Source: Escherichia coli
GTDB lineage: Bacteria > Pseudomonadota > Gammaproteobacteria > Enterobacterales > Enterobacteriaceae
Length of the DNA stretch: 64,000 bases
Direction: 5' to 3' (one strand)
NCBI RefSeq assembly: GCF_003991155.1
Contig: NZ_CP031293.1
Under the pieces are notes generated by a model. It worked only from the letters and a program-made list of their open reading frames with translations, was not told the DNA's origin and did not search any database. The translations under genes and the position numbers were made by a program. The stretch's first letter is position 1. Each line of letters opens with the position of its first letter. This document shows, in pieces, positions 53,224 to 64,000 of the stretch.

Positions 53224-54648
53224 ATGACAGACACAGATAAACAACCTACCTTCCTCTTTCACGATTACGAAACCTTTGGAACGCACCCCGCGTTAGATCG
53301 CCCTGCACAGTTCGCAGCCATTCGCACTGATAACGAATTCAATGTCATCGGCGAACCCGAAGTCTTTTACTGCAAGCCCGCGGATGACTATTTACCCCAG
53401 CCTGGAGCAGTATTAATTACCGGTATTACCCCGCAGGAGGCACGGGCGAAAGGAGAAAACGAAGCCGCGTTTGCCGCCCGTATTCACTCGCTTTTTACCG
53501 TACCGAAGACCTGTATTCTGGGCTACAACAATGTGCGTTTCGACGACGAAGTCACACGCAACGTTTTTTATCGTAATTTCTACGATCCTTACGCCTGGAG
53601 CTGGCAGCATGATAACTCGCGCTGGGATTTACTGGATGTTATGCGTGCCTGTTATGCCCTGCGCCCGGAAGGAATAAACTGGCCTGAAAATGATGACGGT
53701 CTACCGAGCTTTCGCCTTGAGCATTTAACCAAAGCGAATGGTATTGAACATAGCAACGCCCACGATGCGATGGCTGATGTGTACGCCACTATTGCGATGG
53801 CGAAACTGGTAAAAACGCGTCAGCCACGCCTGTTTGATTATCTCTTTACCCATCGTAATAAACACAAACTGATGGCGTTGATTGATGTTCCGCAGATGAA
53901 ACCCCTGGTTCACGTTTCCGGAATGTTTGGGGCATGGCGTGGCAATACCAGCTGGGTGGCACCGCTGGCGTGGCATCCTGAAAATCGCAATGCCGTAATT
54001 ATGGTGGATTTGGCAGGAGACATTTCGCCATTACTGGAGCTGGATAGCGACACATTGCGCGAGCGTTTATATACCGCAAAAGCCGATCTTGGCGATAACG
54101 CCGCCGTTCCGGTTAAGCTGGTGCATATCAATAAATGTCCGGTACTGGCCCAGGCGAATACGCTACGCCCGGAAGATGCCGACCGACTGGGAATTAATCG
54201 TCAGCATTGCCTCGATAACCTAAAAATTCTGCGTGAAAATCCGCAAGTGCGTGAAAAAGTGGTGGCGATATTCGCGGAAGCCGAACCGTTTACGCCTTCA
54301 GATAACGTGGATGCACAGCTTTATAATGGCTTTTTCAGTGACGCCGATCGTGCAGCAATGAAAATTGTGCTGGAAACCGAGCCGCGTAATTTACCGGCAC
54401 TGGATATCACTTTTGTTGATAAACGAATTGAAAAACTGTTGTTCAATTATCGAGCGCGCAACTTCCCGGGGACGCTGGATTATGCCGAGCAGCAACGCTG
54501 GCTTGAGCACCGCCGCCAGGTCTTCACGCCAGAGTTTTTGCAGGGCTACGCTGATGAATTGCAGATGCTGGCACAACAGTATGCCGATGACAAAGAGAAA
54601 GTGGCGCTGTTAAAAGCGCTTTGGCAGTACGCGGAAGAGATTGTCTAA
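53224..54648 (+). CDS. sbcB: Exodeoxyribonuclease I; first ~11 codons supplied by the prophage
   Basis: 474 aa; N-terminus MTDTDKQPTFLFHDYETFG differs from the remnant MMNDGKQQSTFLFHDY at attL. Confidence 0.9.
   Translation: MTDTDKQPTFLFHDYETFGTHPALDRPAQFAAIRTDNEFNVIGEPEVFYCKPADDYLPQPGAVLITGITPQEARAKGENEAAFAARIHSLFTVPKTCILGYNNVRFDDEVTRNVFYRNFYDPYAWSWQHDNSRWDLLDVMRACYALRPEGINWPENDDGLPSFRLEHLTKANGIEHSNAHDAMADVYATIAMAKLVKTRQPRLFDYLFTHRNKHKLMALIDVPQMKPLVHVSGMFGAWRGNTSWVAPLAWHPENRNAVIMVDLAGDISPLLELDSDTLRERLYTAKADLGDNAAVPVKLVHINKCPVLAQANTLRPEDADRLGINRQHCLDNLKILRENPQVREKVVAIFAEAEPFTPSDNVDAQLYNGFFSDADRAAMKIVLETEPRNLPALDITFVDKRIEKLLFNYRARNFPGTLDYAEQQRWLEHRRQVFTPEFLQGYADELQMLAQQYADDKEKVALLKALWQYAEEIV
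53257..53269. repeat. attR core (13-bp identity with attL)
   Basis: TTTCACGATTACG inside sbcB codons 12-16. Confidence 0.6.
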
Positions 54649-54655
54649 TGTGAAG

Positions 54656-54681
54656 CCTCCGCCGCTGGTACGGCGGAGGAC
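54656..54681. terminator. Bidirectional hairpin between convergent sbcB and yeeD
   Basis: CCTCCGCCGCTGGTACGGCGGAGG. Confidence 0.5.
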
Positions 54682-54690
54682 AATTTTGAG

Positions 54691-54918
54691 TCAGGCTTTT
54701 TGAACGGTGATGCTCCACGTAGCATCACCAATCTGCTGATAATCGGTGATGGCATGTCCTTCTTCTGCCGCCCACTGTGGGATTGCTTCAGTTGCCTGGG
54801 TGCAATCAAACTCAATTACCAACTCATCGCCGCTGGCCATTTCTGCCAGTGCTGCTTTTGCTTCTATGAGTGGAAACGGACAGACCTGCGTCACCACATC
54901 CAGCTTTTTAATCGCCAT
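54691..54918 (-). CDS. yeeD: TusA-family sulfur carrier protein YeeD
   Basis: 75 aa with CPFP motif. Confidence 0.85.
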   Translation of the reverse strand: MAIKKLDVVTQVCPFPLIEAKAALAEMASGDELVIEFDCTQATEAIPQWAAEEGHAITDYQQIGDATWSITVQKA

Positions 54919-54931
54919 CTTTACACCTTAC

Positions 54932-55990
54932 TTAATTTGCCGCAGCAGTTGCCAGTCGCGCCTTACGCTGCGGTCGAACATACACAAGCCAGGACGCAGT
55001 CCAGACTCCGAGAATCATAAATACAAGGCCAATCCAGCCCTGCCAGGTCATCATTGCAGTCATTACCAGTCCATTACCGATAGAGCAACCACCTGCAATG
55101 CTGGCACCGAAGCCCATCAGTACACCACCTAACCCGCTACGTAATGTTGTTTGTGCATCAGCAGCGCGAACGCGGAACTCACGGCTCGCTTTGGCGGCAA
55201 TAAATGACCCCACGAAGATCCCTAACACCAGGAAAACGCCCCAGTTAATGTATTTCACGTCACCCGCGACCAGAAATTGCAGAATATTGGCCGTTGGGGA
55301 AGTGATGCCTAACCCAAACATACGTCCGGTTGCTTCACTCAGGGGCCAGGCTAAAAGCGCAATCAAACCGATGAGTACAGCTGTGACAAAGGGATGCCAG
55401 CGTTTTTCAAACATAATATGAGCGATCCCAGTTCGGCGCGGCGGTAAGGTCGCGACTTTGAGTTTTGGCTTCTTCAACTCTTTCATCACCACCCAGAGCG
55501 TTATCACCAGCAAAACGGCAACCAACGGCCACACAGACAAATTAAAAGTCTCAGCAATAGAGTTATGTTCAGTACTGTAGTGCTGCAAGGTTTGATTTAA
55601 ACCACTGGCATGTGGAGAACGCATCACCGCACTCATCACCATATAAGTGAAAAGCGCGATCCAACTGCCGATCAATCCCTCACCCGCGCGATACCAGGTC
55701 CCGGTAGCACATCCACCCGCCAGAACAATTCCCAGCCCGAAGATATACCCACCGATAACAGTGCCAAGCCACGGGAACGCCCCGGCTTCGTAAGTCAGTA
55801 GACCCGCCTGAATTAACGCAAAAACCCCCACGCTTTGTACCGAAATTGCAATCAGCAGGGCGTAAAACATGCGATTATTTTTCGCGATATACATATCGCG
55901 AAAACCACCTGTCAGGCAAAAACGCCCACGCTGCATGACAAATCCCAGCAGAGCACCACAAATTAGCCCGCTTAATATCATTGAAAACAT
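54932..55990 (-). CDS. yeeE: Thiosulfate transporter YeeE
   Basis: 352 aa polytopic membrane protein. Confidence 0.85.
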   Translation of the reverse strand: MFSMILSGLICGALLGFVMQRGRFCLTGGFRDMYIAKNNRMFYALLIAISVQSVGVFALIQAGLLTYEAGAFPWLGTVIGGYIFGLGIVLAGGCATGTWYRAGEGLIGSWIALFTYMVMSAVMRSPHASGLNQTLQHYSTEHNSIAETFNLSVWPLVAVLLVITLWVVMKELKKPKLKVATLPPRRTGIAHIMFEKRWHPFVTAVLIGLIALLAWPLSEATGRMFGLGITSPTANILQFLVAGDVKYINWGVFLVLGIFVGSFIAAKASREFRVRAADAQTTLRSGLGGVLMGFGASIAGGCSIGNGLVMTAMMTWQGWIGLVFMILGVWTASWLVYVRPQRKARLATAAAN

Positions 55991-56118
55991 AAATTAATTA
56001 ACCAGATGAATGTTAATGAGGAAATTATTCATGACTGGTGGAATGCAGACCAATAACCAAATTCTCTAAATTAGAACAAATGGTTATTAATGAGGATTTC
56101 GATAAAAAAGAATAAAAA

Positions 56119-56155
56119 AACCGGAGCCAAATATTCATTCGACTCCGGTTGATTA
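56119..56155 (-). terminator. Intrinsic terminator after plaP
   Basis: Minus-strand hairpin AACCGGAGTCGAATGAATATTTGGCTCCGGTT then T-run. Confidence 0.6.
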
Positions 56156-56168
56156 TTAGAAAAGATGA

Positions 56169-57527
56169 TTATGCTACGTCTTCGTACTGCGGAACCGGGT
56201 TACGGAAGCTCTTGGTGACGCAAGCCAGGTAAATCAGACCGATAGCAGCCCAGATCAGACCCAGAACCATTGAGCTTTCTTCCAGGTTAACCCACAGCGC
56301 ACCAACGGTCAGCGCACCACACATCGGCAGGAACAGATACTGGAAGTGATCTTTCAGCGTCTTGTTACGCTTCTCACGGATCCAGAACTGCGAGATAACC
56401 GACAGGTTAACGAAGGTGAACGCCACCAACGCACCAAAGTTAATCAGCGCCGTAGCCATTACCAGGTCGAAGTTGATTGCCAGCAGGGCAATCGCGCCAA
56501 CCAGGATGATGTTCATCGCCGGAGTACGCCATTTCGGGTGTACATAACCGAAGAAGCTTTTCGGGAATACGCCGTCACGACCCATTACGTACATCAGACG
56601 CGCTACGCCTGCGTGCGCCGCCATACCGGACGCCAGTACGGTAATGGTGGAGAAGATCAGCGCGCCAACCTGGAACGCTTTACCCGCAACGTACAGCATG
56701 ATTTCAGGCTGTGACGCATCCGGATCTTTAAAACGAGAGATATCCGGGAAGTACAGCTGCAGGAAGTAAGTTGCAAAGATGAAGATCATGCCGCCGATCA
56801 GCGCGGTCAGGAAAATCGCACGCGGGATCACGCGCTCTGCATCTTTGGTTTCTTCCGACAGGTTGCTGATGCCGTCAAAGCCGGTAAAGGAGAAGCACAG
56901 GATTGTCGCCCCGGTAATCATCGGGATAACATGCGCATCGCCAGACCAGAACGGACGAGTGCTCGCCAGCGTACCCGCGCCTTCACCTTCAAATACGCCA
57001 TAAACAACCATGCCCAGGATCACCGCGATCAGCACTACCTGCAACACGACGATTACAGTGTTGAAGTTCGCTACGGATTTCAGACTACGCAGGTTAAAGG
57101 CGGTCATAAAGGCCACCAGCGCCACCACAAACATCCACGATGGAATGGAAGGCACCAGAGCTTCAAAATAGATTTTCGCCAGCAGAATGTTGATCATCGG
57201 CGCGAACAGATAGTCGAGCAGAGAAGACCAACCCACCATAAAGCCGACGGTCGGGCTAATGGATTTCTGGGCGTAAGTGTATGCAGAGCCAGCAGAAGGA
57301 TAGCGGCGGACCAGCTTCCCGTAGCTCAGAGCCGTAAACAGGATCGCAATCAATGCGAACGCATAGGCTGTCGGCACATGACCATCCGTGAGGCCTGAAA
57401 CGATACCAAATGTATCAAACAGCGTCATCGGCTGCATATAGGCAAGACCCATCATTACAACCGGAACTAACGTAAGCGTTTTACGCAATTCCACGCGAGA
57501 GGTGTTTGGAGTAACGTTATGCGACAT
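56169..57527 (-). CDS. plaP: Putrescine importer PlaP (YeeF)
   Basis: 452 aa APC-family permease from [14 protein letters not shown]. Confidence 0.85.
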   Translation of the reverse strand: MSHNVTPNTSRVELRKTLTLVPVVMMGLAYMQPMTLFDTFGIVSGLTDGHVPTAYAFALIAILFTALSYGKLVRRYPSAGSAYTYAQKSISPTVGFMVGWSSLLDYLFAPMINILLAKIYFEALVPSIPSWMFVVALVAFMTAFNLRSLKSVANFNTVIVVLQVVLIAVILGMVVYGVFEGEGAGTLASTRPFWSGDAHVIPMITGATILCFSFTGFDGISNLSEETKDAERVIPRAIFLTALIGGMIFIFATYFLQLYFPDISRFKDPDASQPEIMLYVAGKAFQVGALIFSTITVLASGMAAHAGVARLMYVMGRDGVFPKSFFGYVHPKWRTPAMNIILVGAIALLAINFDLVMATALINFGALVAFTFVNLSVISQFWIREKRNKTLKDHFQYLFLPMCGALTVGALWVNLEESSMVLGLIWAAIGLIYLACVTKSFRNPVPQYEDVA

Positions 57528-57793
57528 GGTCATTCTCCTTTACGGTGATAACCGTCGCGTAAGCAAAAAATTGCCCCATTTTTTTGGATTCCTCAGCGAC
57601 AACAACTGTCGATTTTTAGTAAATATCTATCCGGTACGAAGCCCGGCCTCTTGGTATGAATGATTGGTTTGAAGCAAAAAATAACCGACGCTAATTAAAC
57701 GTCGGTTTTTAGTCATTTTTTGACAGCGGCGCATTGTGCCTAAATGGGGGGGAAATGACAAGAGAATGAGAGGCTTGTCATAATAATTTTTCT

Positions 57794-58723
57794 TTAAATG
57801 GCTGATTTTCCGTCATCAGATTTTGCATAAACACCGGCGATCGCACTATTTGCTAAAATCTCGTCTCGCCACCAGGCGCTGGCAAGTCCTGCGGTCTGTT
57901 CGTTCCAGCCAATCCAGACAGGTTCAAAGAGAGTTTGGGCGACCACTTTCTTCTCGATTAACGCGCCACTATCGAGAAAACGTTGCGCCAGATAACGGGG
58001 TAAATAGCCGCAGCCGAGGCCGCTAATTTGCAGCTCCAGCTTGGTTTTAAAATCGAAAACGGTAATGGCTTCTTGTTCGTCGAGAAGTTGCGAGGCCGTA
58101 GAAGCGCCGGCCTGCGCAGTATCCCCTACCACAATCGCCCTATATTGCTTAATGATACGACGGTTTAACGGTTCTTCTTCCTGGGCTAACGGATGATGGG
58201 GCGCGACCGCAAAGACTTGTTCAAGATCGCCCAACCGCGAGAAACCAAACTCACTGGAAGATGGTGGCTCATGCATCGCGCCAACAATAATATCCGCTCG
58301 TCCCTGAGTCAGGGCATCCCAGGAACCACCGAGCACGCCATTGATAAACTTCAGGCGCGTCACACTATGATGTTGATAAAAAGCTTCAATAAGTGGCGCG
58401 AGAAGAGAAAAAGGGAAGGTATCGTCCACGCCAATCACCAGCTCGTTTTCCCAGCCTTCATGCAGTTTGATCGCCTGCTTTTCCAGTTCTCGCACGGTAT
58501 GCAGAACTTCCCTCCCTTTCTCTAATAACATTTTTCCGGTGCGGGTGAATTTAGCGCGGTGTCCGCTACGATCAAGCAATTGAATATTAAGGTCGCTTTC
58601 CAGCTTGTGAACGGTGTAACTCAGAGCGGACGGCGTCTTGTAGAGTTTGGCCGACGCCGCCGCAAAACTGCCCTCTTTTTCTAAGGCATCGAGGATCATC
58701 AACACATCCAGCAGTGGTTTCAT
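57794..58723 (-). CDS. yeeY: LysR-family transcriptional regulator YeeY
   Basis: 309 aa from MKPLLDVLMILDALEKEGSF, HTH N-terminus. Confidence 0.85.
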   Translation of the reverse strand: MKPLLDVLMILDALEKEGSFAAASAKLYKTPSALSYTVHKLESDLNIQLLDRSGHRAKFTRTGKMLLEKGREVLHTVRELEKQAIKLHEGWENELVIGVDDTFPFSLLAPLIEAFYQHHSVTRLKFINGVLGGSWDALTQGRADIIVGAMHEPPSSSEFGFSRLGDLEQVFAVAPHHPLAQEEEPLNRRIIKQYRAIVVGDTAQAGASTASQLLDEQEAITVFDFKTKLELQISGLGCGYLPRYLAQRFLDSGALIEKKVVAQTLFEPVWIGWNEQTAGLASAWWRDEILANSAIAGVYAKSDDGKSAI

Positions 58724-58768
58724 ACACGCCCCCTTGCAGTGCATGCGGCGTCCTGCTGGCGTGATCGT

Positions 58769-59593
58769 TTACTCCAGCGGCATTACCAGCGGATCGGGAT
58801 ACTGGTATTCAAATCCCAGTTCATTACAAATCCGACTGCCATCAATAATCTTACCTTTTCCGCTGTCCAGACTATTTCTGAACTGCGGAGGCTCCAGCCC
58901 CAGTAAACGGGCCATCTGCGGATAGAAAACATTACGCGCAGGGTGAGCTGGCGCACATATATTATAGATGTGTCCGCCTTTAGGTGCCTGTAACAACAGG
59001 GTGATAGCGCCAATAACATCTTCTAAATGGACTAAATTGACACCATGTTCACCATCAGGGGCGGTTTTTCCGGCAAAGAAGCGTCCCGGATGACGTCCCG
59101 GTCCGACCAGGCCCGCAAGACGCAGAATATCGACCGAAGTACCGGGTAAATTGTGCAGCCAGTCTTCGAGTTCTTCTAATACTCGTCCACTGTTGGTTAC
59201 CGGATTACGCGGGGTGGTTTCTTTCACCGTGCCTTGCGCGTCGCCATAGACAGATGTTGAGCTGGTAAAAATAATGCGGGGAATACGATGGGCCAGCGCG
59301 CTATCTACTAACTCTTGTACCGCTTGTAAATAGAACTCATCGCCGGGGCCGCTACGACGTGCCGGAAGCGTAATGACCAGCGCATCGGCATCCATCAGGG
59401 CATCCAGATCGTCAGAATCGCAAACTAACTCAGGCTCCATGCGAAGCAGATAGCTATCAATCCCACTCATTCGGGCCGCTTCGACACCATCTTGTGTGGT
59501 TTTACTCCCGGTGACTTGCCAGCCTCGCGCTGAAAGTGACATCGCCAGCGGCATGCCTAACCACCCTAACCCGACAATTGCGACCTTTTTCAT
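58769..59593 (-). CDS. yeeZ: NAD-dependent epimerase/dehydratase family protein YeeZ
   Basis: 274 aa, Rossmann GxxGxxG N-terminus. Confidence 0.85.
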   Translation of the reverse strand: MKKVAIVGLGWLGMPLAMSLSARGWQVTGSKTTQDGVEAARMSGIDSYLLRMEPELVCDSDDLDALMDADALVITLPARRSGPGDEFYLQAVQELVDSALAHRIPRIIFTSSTSVYGDAQGTVKETTPRNPVTNSGRVLEELEDWLHNLPGTSVDILRLAGLVGPGRHPGRFFAGKTAPDGEHGVNLVHLEDVIGAITLLLQAPKGGHIYNICAPAHPARNVFYPQMARLLGLEPPQFRNSLDSGKGKIIDGSRICNELGFEYQYPDPLVMPLE

Positions 59594-59697
59594 CCGTTAT
59601 CTCCTGATACACCTTAGATCTATAAGGCTACGCTAGCGTATCAAAACTGACAATTCATTCTATGAATGAAATCGAAACTGTTAGCAAATATACAATT

Positions 59698-59796
59698 GCC
59701 TGATGTGCTCCGCTTATCAGTCCTACAAAAACATCAATACATTGAATTTAGGCAATATTTGTAGACCTGATAAGGCATTCACGCCGCATCCGGCAG
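59698..59796. repeat. REP/BIME elements in yeeZ-hisL intergenic region
   Basis: GCCTGATG..CGCTTATCAG..CCTAC and inverted GTAGACCTGATAAGGCATTCACGCCGCATCCGGCAG. Confidence 0.5.
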
Positions 59797-60019
59797 GAAC
59801 AAAGCCCACTTTAGTTACAGAACACAATGTTCTTGAGGGTTTTAAAGACATATTTTCACGATTACTTTTTTAACGTAGCCACTCCTGGCCCCCTCCTTTC
59901 CCCGCTCATTCATTAAACAAATCCATCGCCATAAAATATATAAAAAAGCCCTTGCTTTCTAACGTGAAAGTGGGTTAGGTTAAAAGACATCAGTTGAATA
60001 AACATTCACAGAGACTTTT

Positions 60020-60070
60020 ATGACACGCGTTCAATTTAAACACCACCATCATCACCATCATCCTGACTAG
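60020..60070 (+). CDS. hisL: his operon leader peptide
   Basis: MTRVQFKHHHHHHHPD with seven consecutive His codons. Confidence 0.9.
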   Translation: MTRVQFKHHHHHHHPD

Positions 60071-60170
60071 TCTTTCAGGCGATGTGTGCTGGAAGACATT
60101 CAGATCTTCCAGTGGTGCATGAACGCATGAAAAAGCCCCCGGAAGATCACCTTCCGGGGGCTTTTTTATT
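60071..60170 (+). promoter_or_regulatory. his attenuator including terminator hairpin
   Basis: Hairpin AAAGCCCCCGGAAGATCACCTTCCGGGGGCTTTTTT at 60132-60170. Confidence 0.8.
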
Positions 60171-60215
60171 GCGCGGTTGATAACGGTTCAGACAGGTTTA
60201 AAGAGGAATAAGAAA

Positions 60216-61115
60216 ATGACAGACAACTCTCGTTTACGCATAGCTATGCAGAAATCCGGCCGTTTAAGTGATGACTCACGCGAATTACTGGCGCGCTGCG
60301 GCATTAAAATTAATCTTCACACCCAGCGCCTGATCGCGATGGCAGAAAACATGCCGATTGATATTCTGCGCGTGCGTGACGACGACATTCCCGGTCTGGT
60401 AATGGACGGCGTGGTTGACCTTGGGATTATCGGCGAAAACGTGCTGGAAGAAGAGCTGCTTAACCGCCGCGCCCAGGGTGAAGATCCGCGCTACTTTACC
60501 CTGCGTCGTCTGGATTTCGGCGGCTGCCGCCTTTCGCTGGCAACGCCGGTTGATGAAGCCTGGGACGGCCCGCTCTCCTTAAACGGTAAACGTATCGCCA
60601 CCTCTTATCCTCACCTGCTCAAGCGTTATCTCGACCAGAAAGGCATCTCTTTTAAATCCTGCTTACTGAACGGTTCTGTTGAAGTCGCCCCGCGTGCCGG
60701 ACTGGCGGATGCGATTTGCGATCTGGTTTCCACCGGTGCCACGCTTGAAGCTAACGGCCTGCGCGAAGTCGAAGTTATCTACCGCTCGAAAGCCTGCCTG
60801 ATCCAACGCGATGGCGAAATGGAAGAATCCAAACAGCAACTGATCGACAAACTGCTGACGCGTATTCAGGGCGTGATCCAGGCGCGCGAATCAAAATACA
60901 TCATGATGCACGCACCGACCGAACGTCTGGATGAAGTCATCGCCCTGCTGCCAGGTGCCGAACGCCCAACCATTCTACCGCTGGCAGGTGACCAACAGCG
61001 CGTAGCGATGCACATGGTCAGCAGCGAAACCCTGTTCTGGGAAACGATGGAAAAACTGAAAGCGCTGGGTGCCAGTTCAATTCTGGTCCTGCCGATTGAG
61101 AAGATGATGGAGTGA
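60216..61115 (+). CDS. hisG: ATP phosphoribosyltransferase
   Basis: 299 aa from [17 protein letters not shown]. Confidence 0.95.
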   Translation: MTDNSRLRIAMQKSGRLSDDSRELLARCGIKINLHTQRLIAMAENMPIDILRVRDDDIPGLVMDGVVDLGIIGENVLEEELLNRRAQGEDPRYFTLRRLDFGGCRLSLATPVDEAWDGPLSLNGKRIATSYPHLLKRYLDQKGISFKSCLLNGSVEVAPRAGLADAICDLVSTGATLEANGLREVEVIYRSKACLIQRDGEMEESKQQLIDKLLTRIQGVIQARESKYIMMHAPTERLDEVIALLPGAERPTILPLAGDQQRVAMHMVSSETLFWETMEKLKALGASSILVLPIEKMME

Positions 61116-61120
61116 TCGCC

Positions 61121-63491
<2,371 letters not shown>

Positions 63492-63492
<1 letters not shown>

Positions 63493-64000
63493 TGAGTCAG
63501 AAGTATCTTTTTATCGATCGCGATGGAACCCTGATTAGCGAACCGCCGAGTGATTTTCAGGTGGACCGTTTTGACAAACTCGCCTTTGAACCTGGCGTGA
63601 TCCCGGAGCTGCTGAGGCTGCAAAAAGCGGGCTACAAGCTGGTGATGATCACTAATCAGGATGGTCTTGGAACACAAAGTTTCCCGCAGGCGGATTTTGA
63701 TGGCCCGCACAACCTGATGATGCAGATCTTCACCTCGCAAGGCGTACAGTTTGATGAAGTGCTGATTTGTCCGCACCTGCCCGCCGATGAGTGCGACTGC
63801 CGTAAGCCGAAAGTAAAACTTGTGGAGCGTTATCTGGCTGAGCAAGCGATGGATCGTGCCAACAGTTATGTCATTGGCGATCGCACGACCGACATTCAAC
63901 TGGCGGAAAACATGGGCATTAATGGTTTACGCTACGACCGCGAAACACTGAACTGGCCGATGATTGGCGAGCAACTCACTAAACGAGACCGTTACGCCCA
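63492..64000 (+). CDS. hisB: Bifunctional histidinol-phosphatase / imidazoleglycerol-phosphate dehydratase, N-terminal part (runs off window)
   Basis: [17 protein letters not shown]-type phosphatase N-terminus; TGATG overlap with hisC. Confidence 0.9.

Larger units (their letters stand above)
13275..53269. mobile_element. Mosaic lambdoid prophage (~40 kb) with P22-like virion and immunity modules and lambda-like lysis/Q/nin modules, inserted in sbcB 5' end
   Basis: Bounded by direct repeats; integrase at right end, tailspike at left end; complete phage gene set between dacD and sbcB. Confidence 0.85.

Noticed and set aside
59880-59990. Possible extra gene or sRNA upstream of hisL
   Set aside because: Region matches expectation for the his promoter/leader; no ORF of meaningful size.

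Overview
This window reads as an Escherichia coli-type chromosome segment carrying a ~40 kb mosaic lambdoid prophage; all identifications are from reading the ORF translations and DNA against remembered protein families, with no database search run. (1) 1-9422, plus strand: the distal half of a propanediol-utilisation (pdu) microcompartment operon, pduG (C-terminal part), H, J, K, L, M, N, O, P, Q, S, T, U, V, tightly packed with overlapping stop/start codons; pduW/pduX are not present. (2) 9523-13044, minus strand: yeeX, yeeA, sbmC (with a LexA box) and dacD. (3) About 13275-53269: a prophage inserted in the 5' end of sbcB. Both ends share an identical 13-bp core (TTTCACGATTACG); the phage supplies a substitute SbcB N-terminus at the right junction and the displaced native sbcB 5' end remains at the left junction. 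The prophage has a P22-like virion module (tailspike, gp16/20/7/14/26/10/4, coat, scaffold, portal, terminases), P22-like immI (mnt, arc, ant, candidate sar RNA) and immC (c2, cro, cII-like, P22-type operators), N/nut antitermination, replication genes 18/12 with ori iterons, a lambda-like nin region, Q, pR' and S-R-Rz/Rz1 lysis cassette, early-left recombination genes (cIII-like, kil-like, Rad52-type annealing protein, ssb), an AlpA-like excisionase and a convergent tyrosine integrase. (4) 53224-59593: sbcB, yeeD, yeeE, plaP, yeeY, yeeZ. (5) 59698-64000: REP elements, hisL leader and attenuator, hisG, hisD, hisC and the start of hisB. No CRISPR array, rRNA or tRNA was seen. The best candidates for undescribed biology are small accessory cassettes inside the prophage: an exported two-gene module translationally coupled to mnt (17895-18720), an early-left island between N and cIII (45107-46872), a nin-region orphan adenine methyltransferase, a pair of unknown genes next to the helicase, and the xis-proximal small-ORF cluster.
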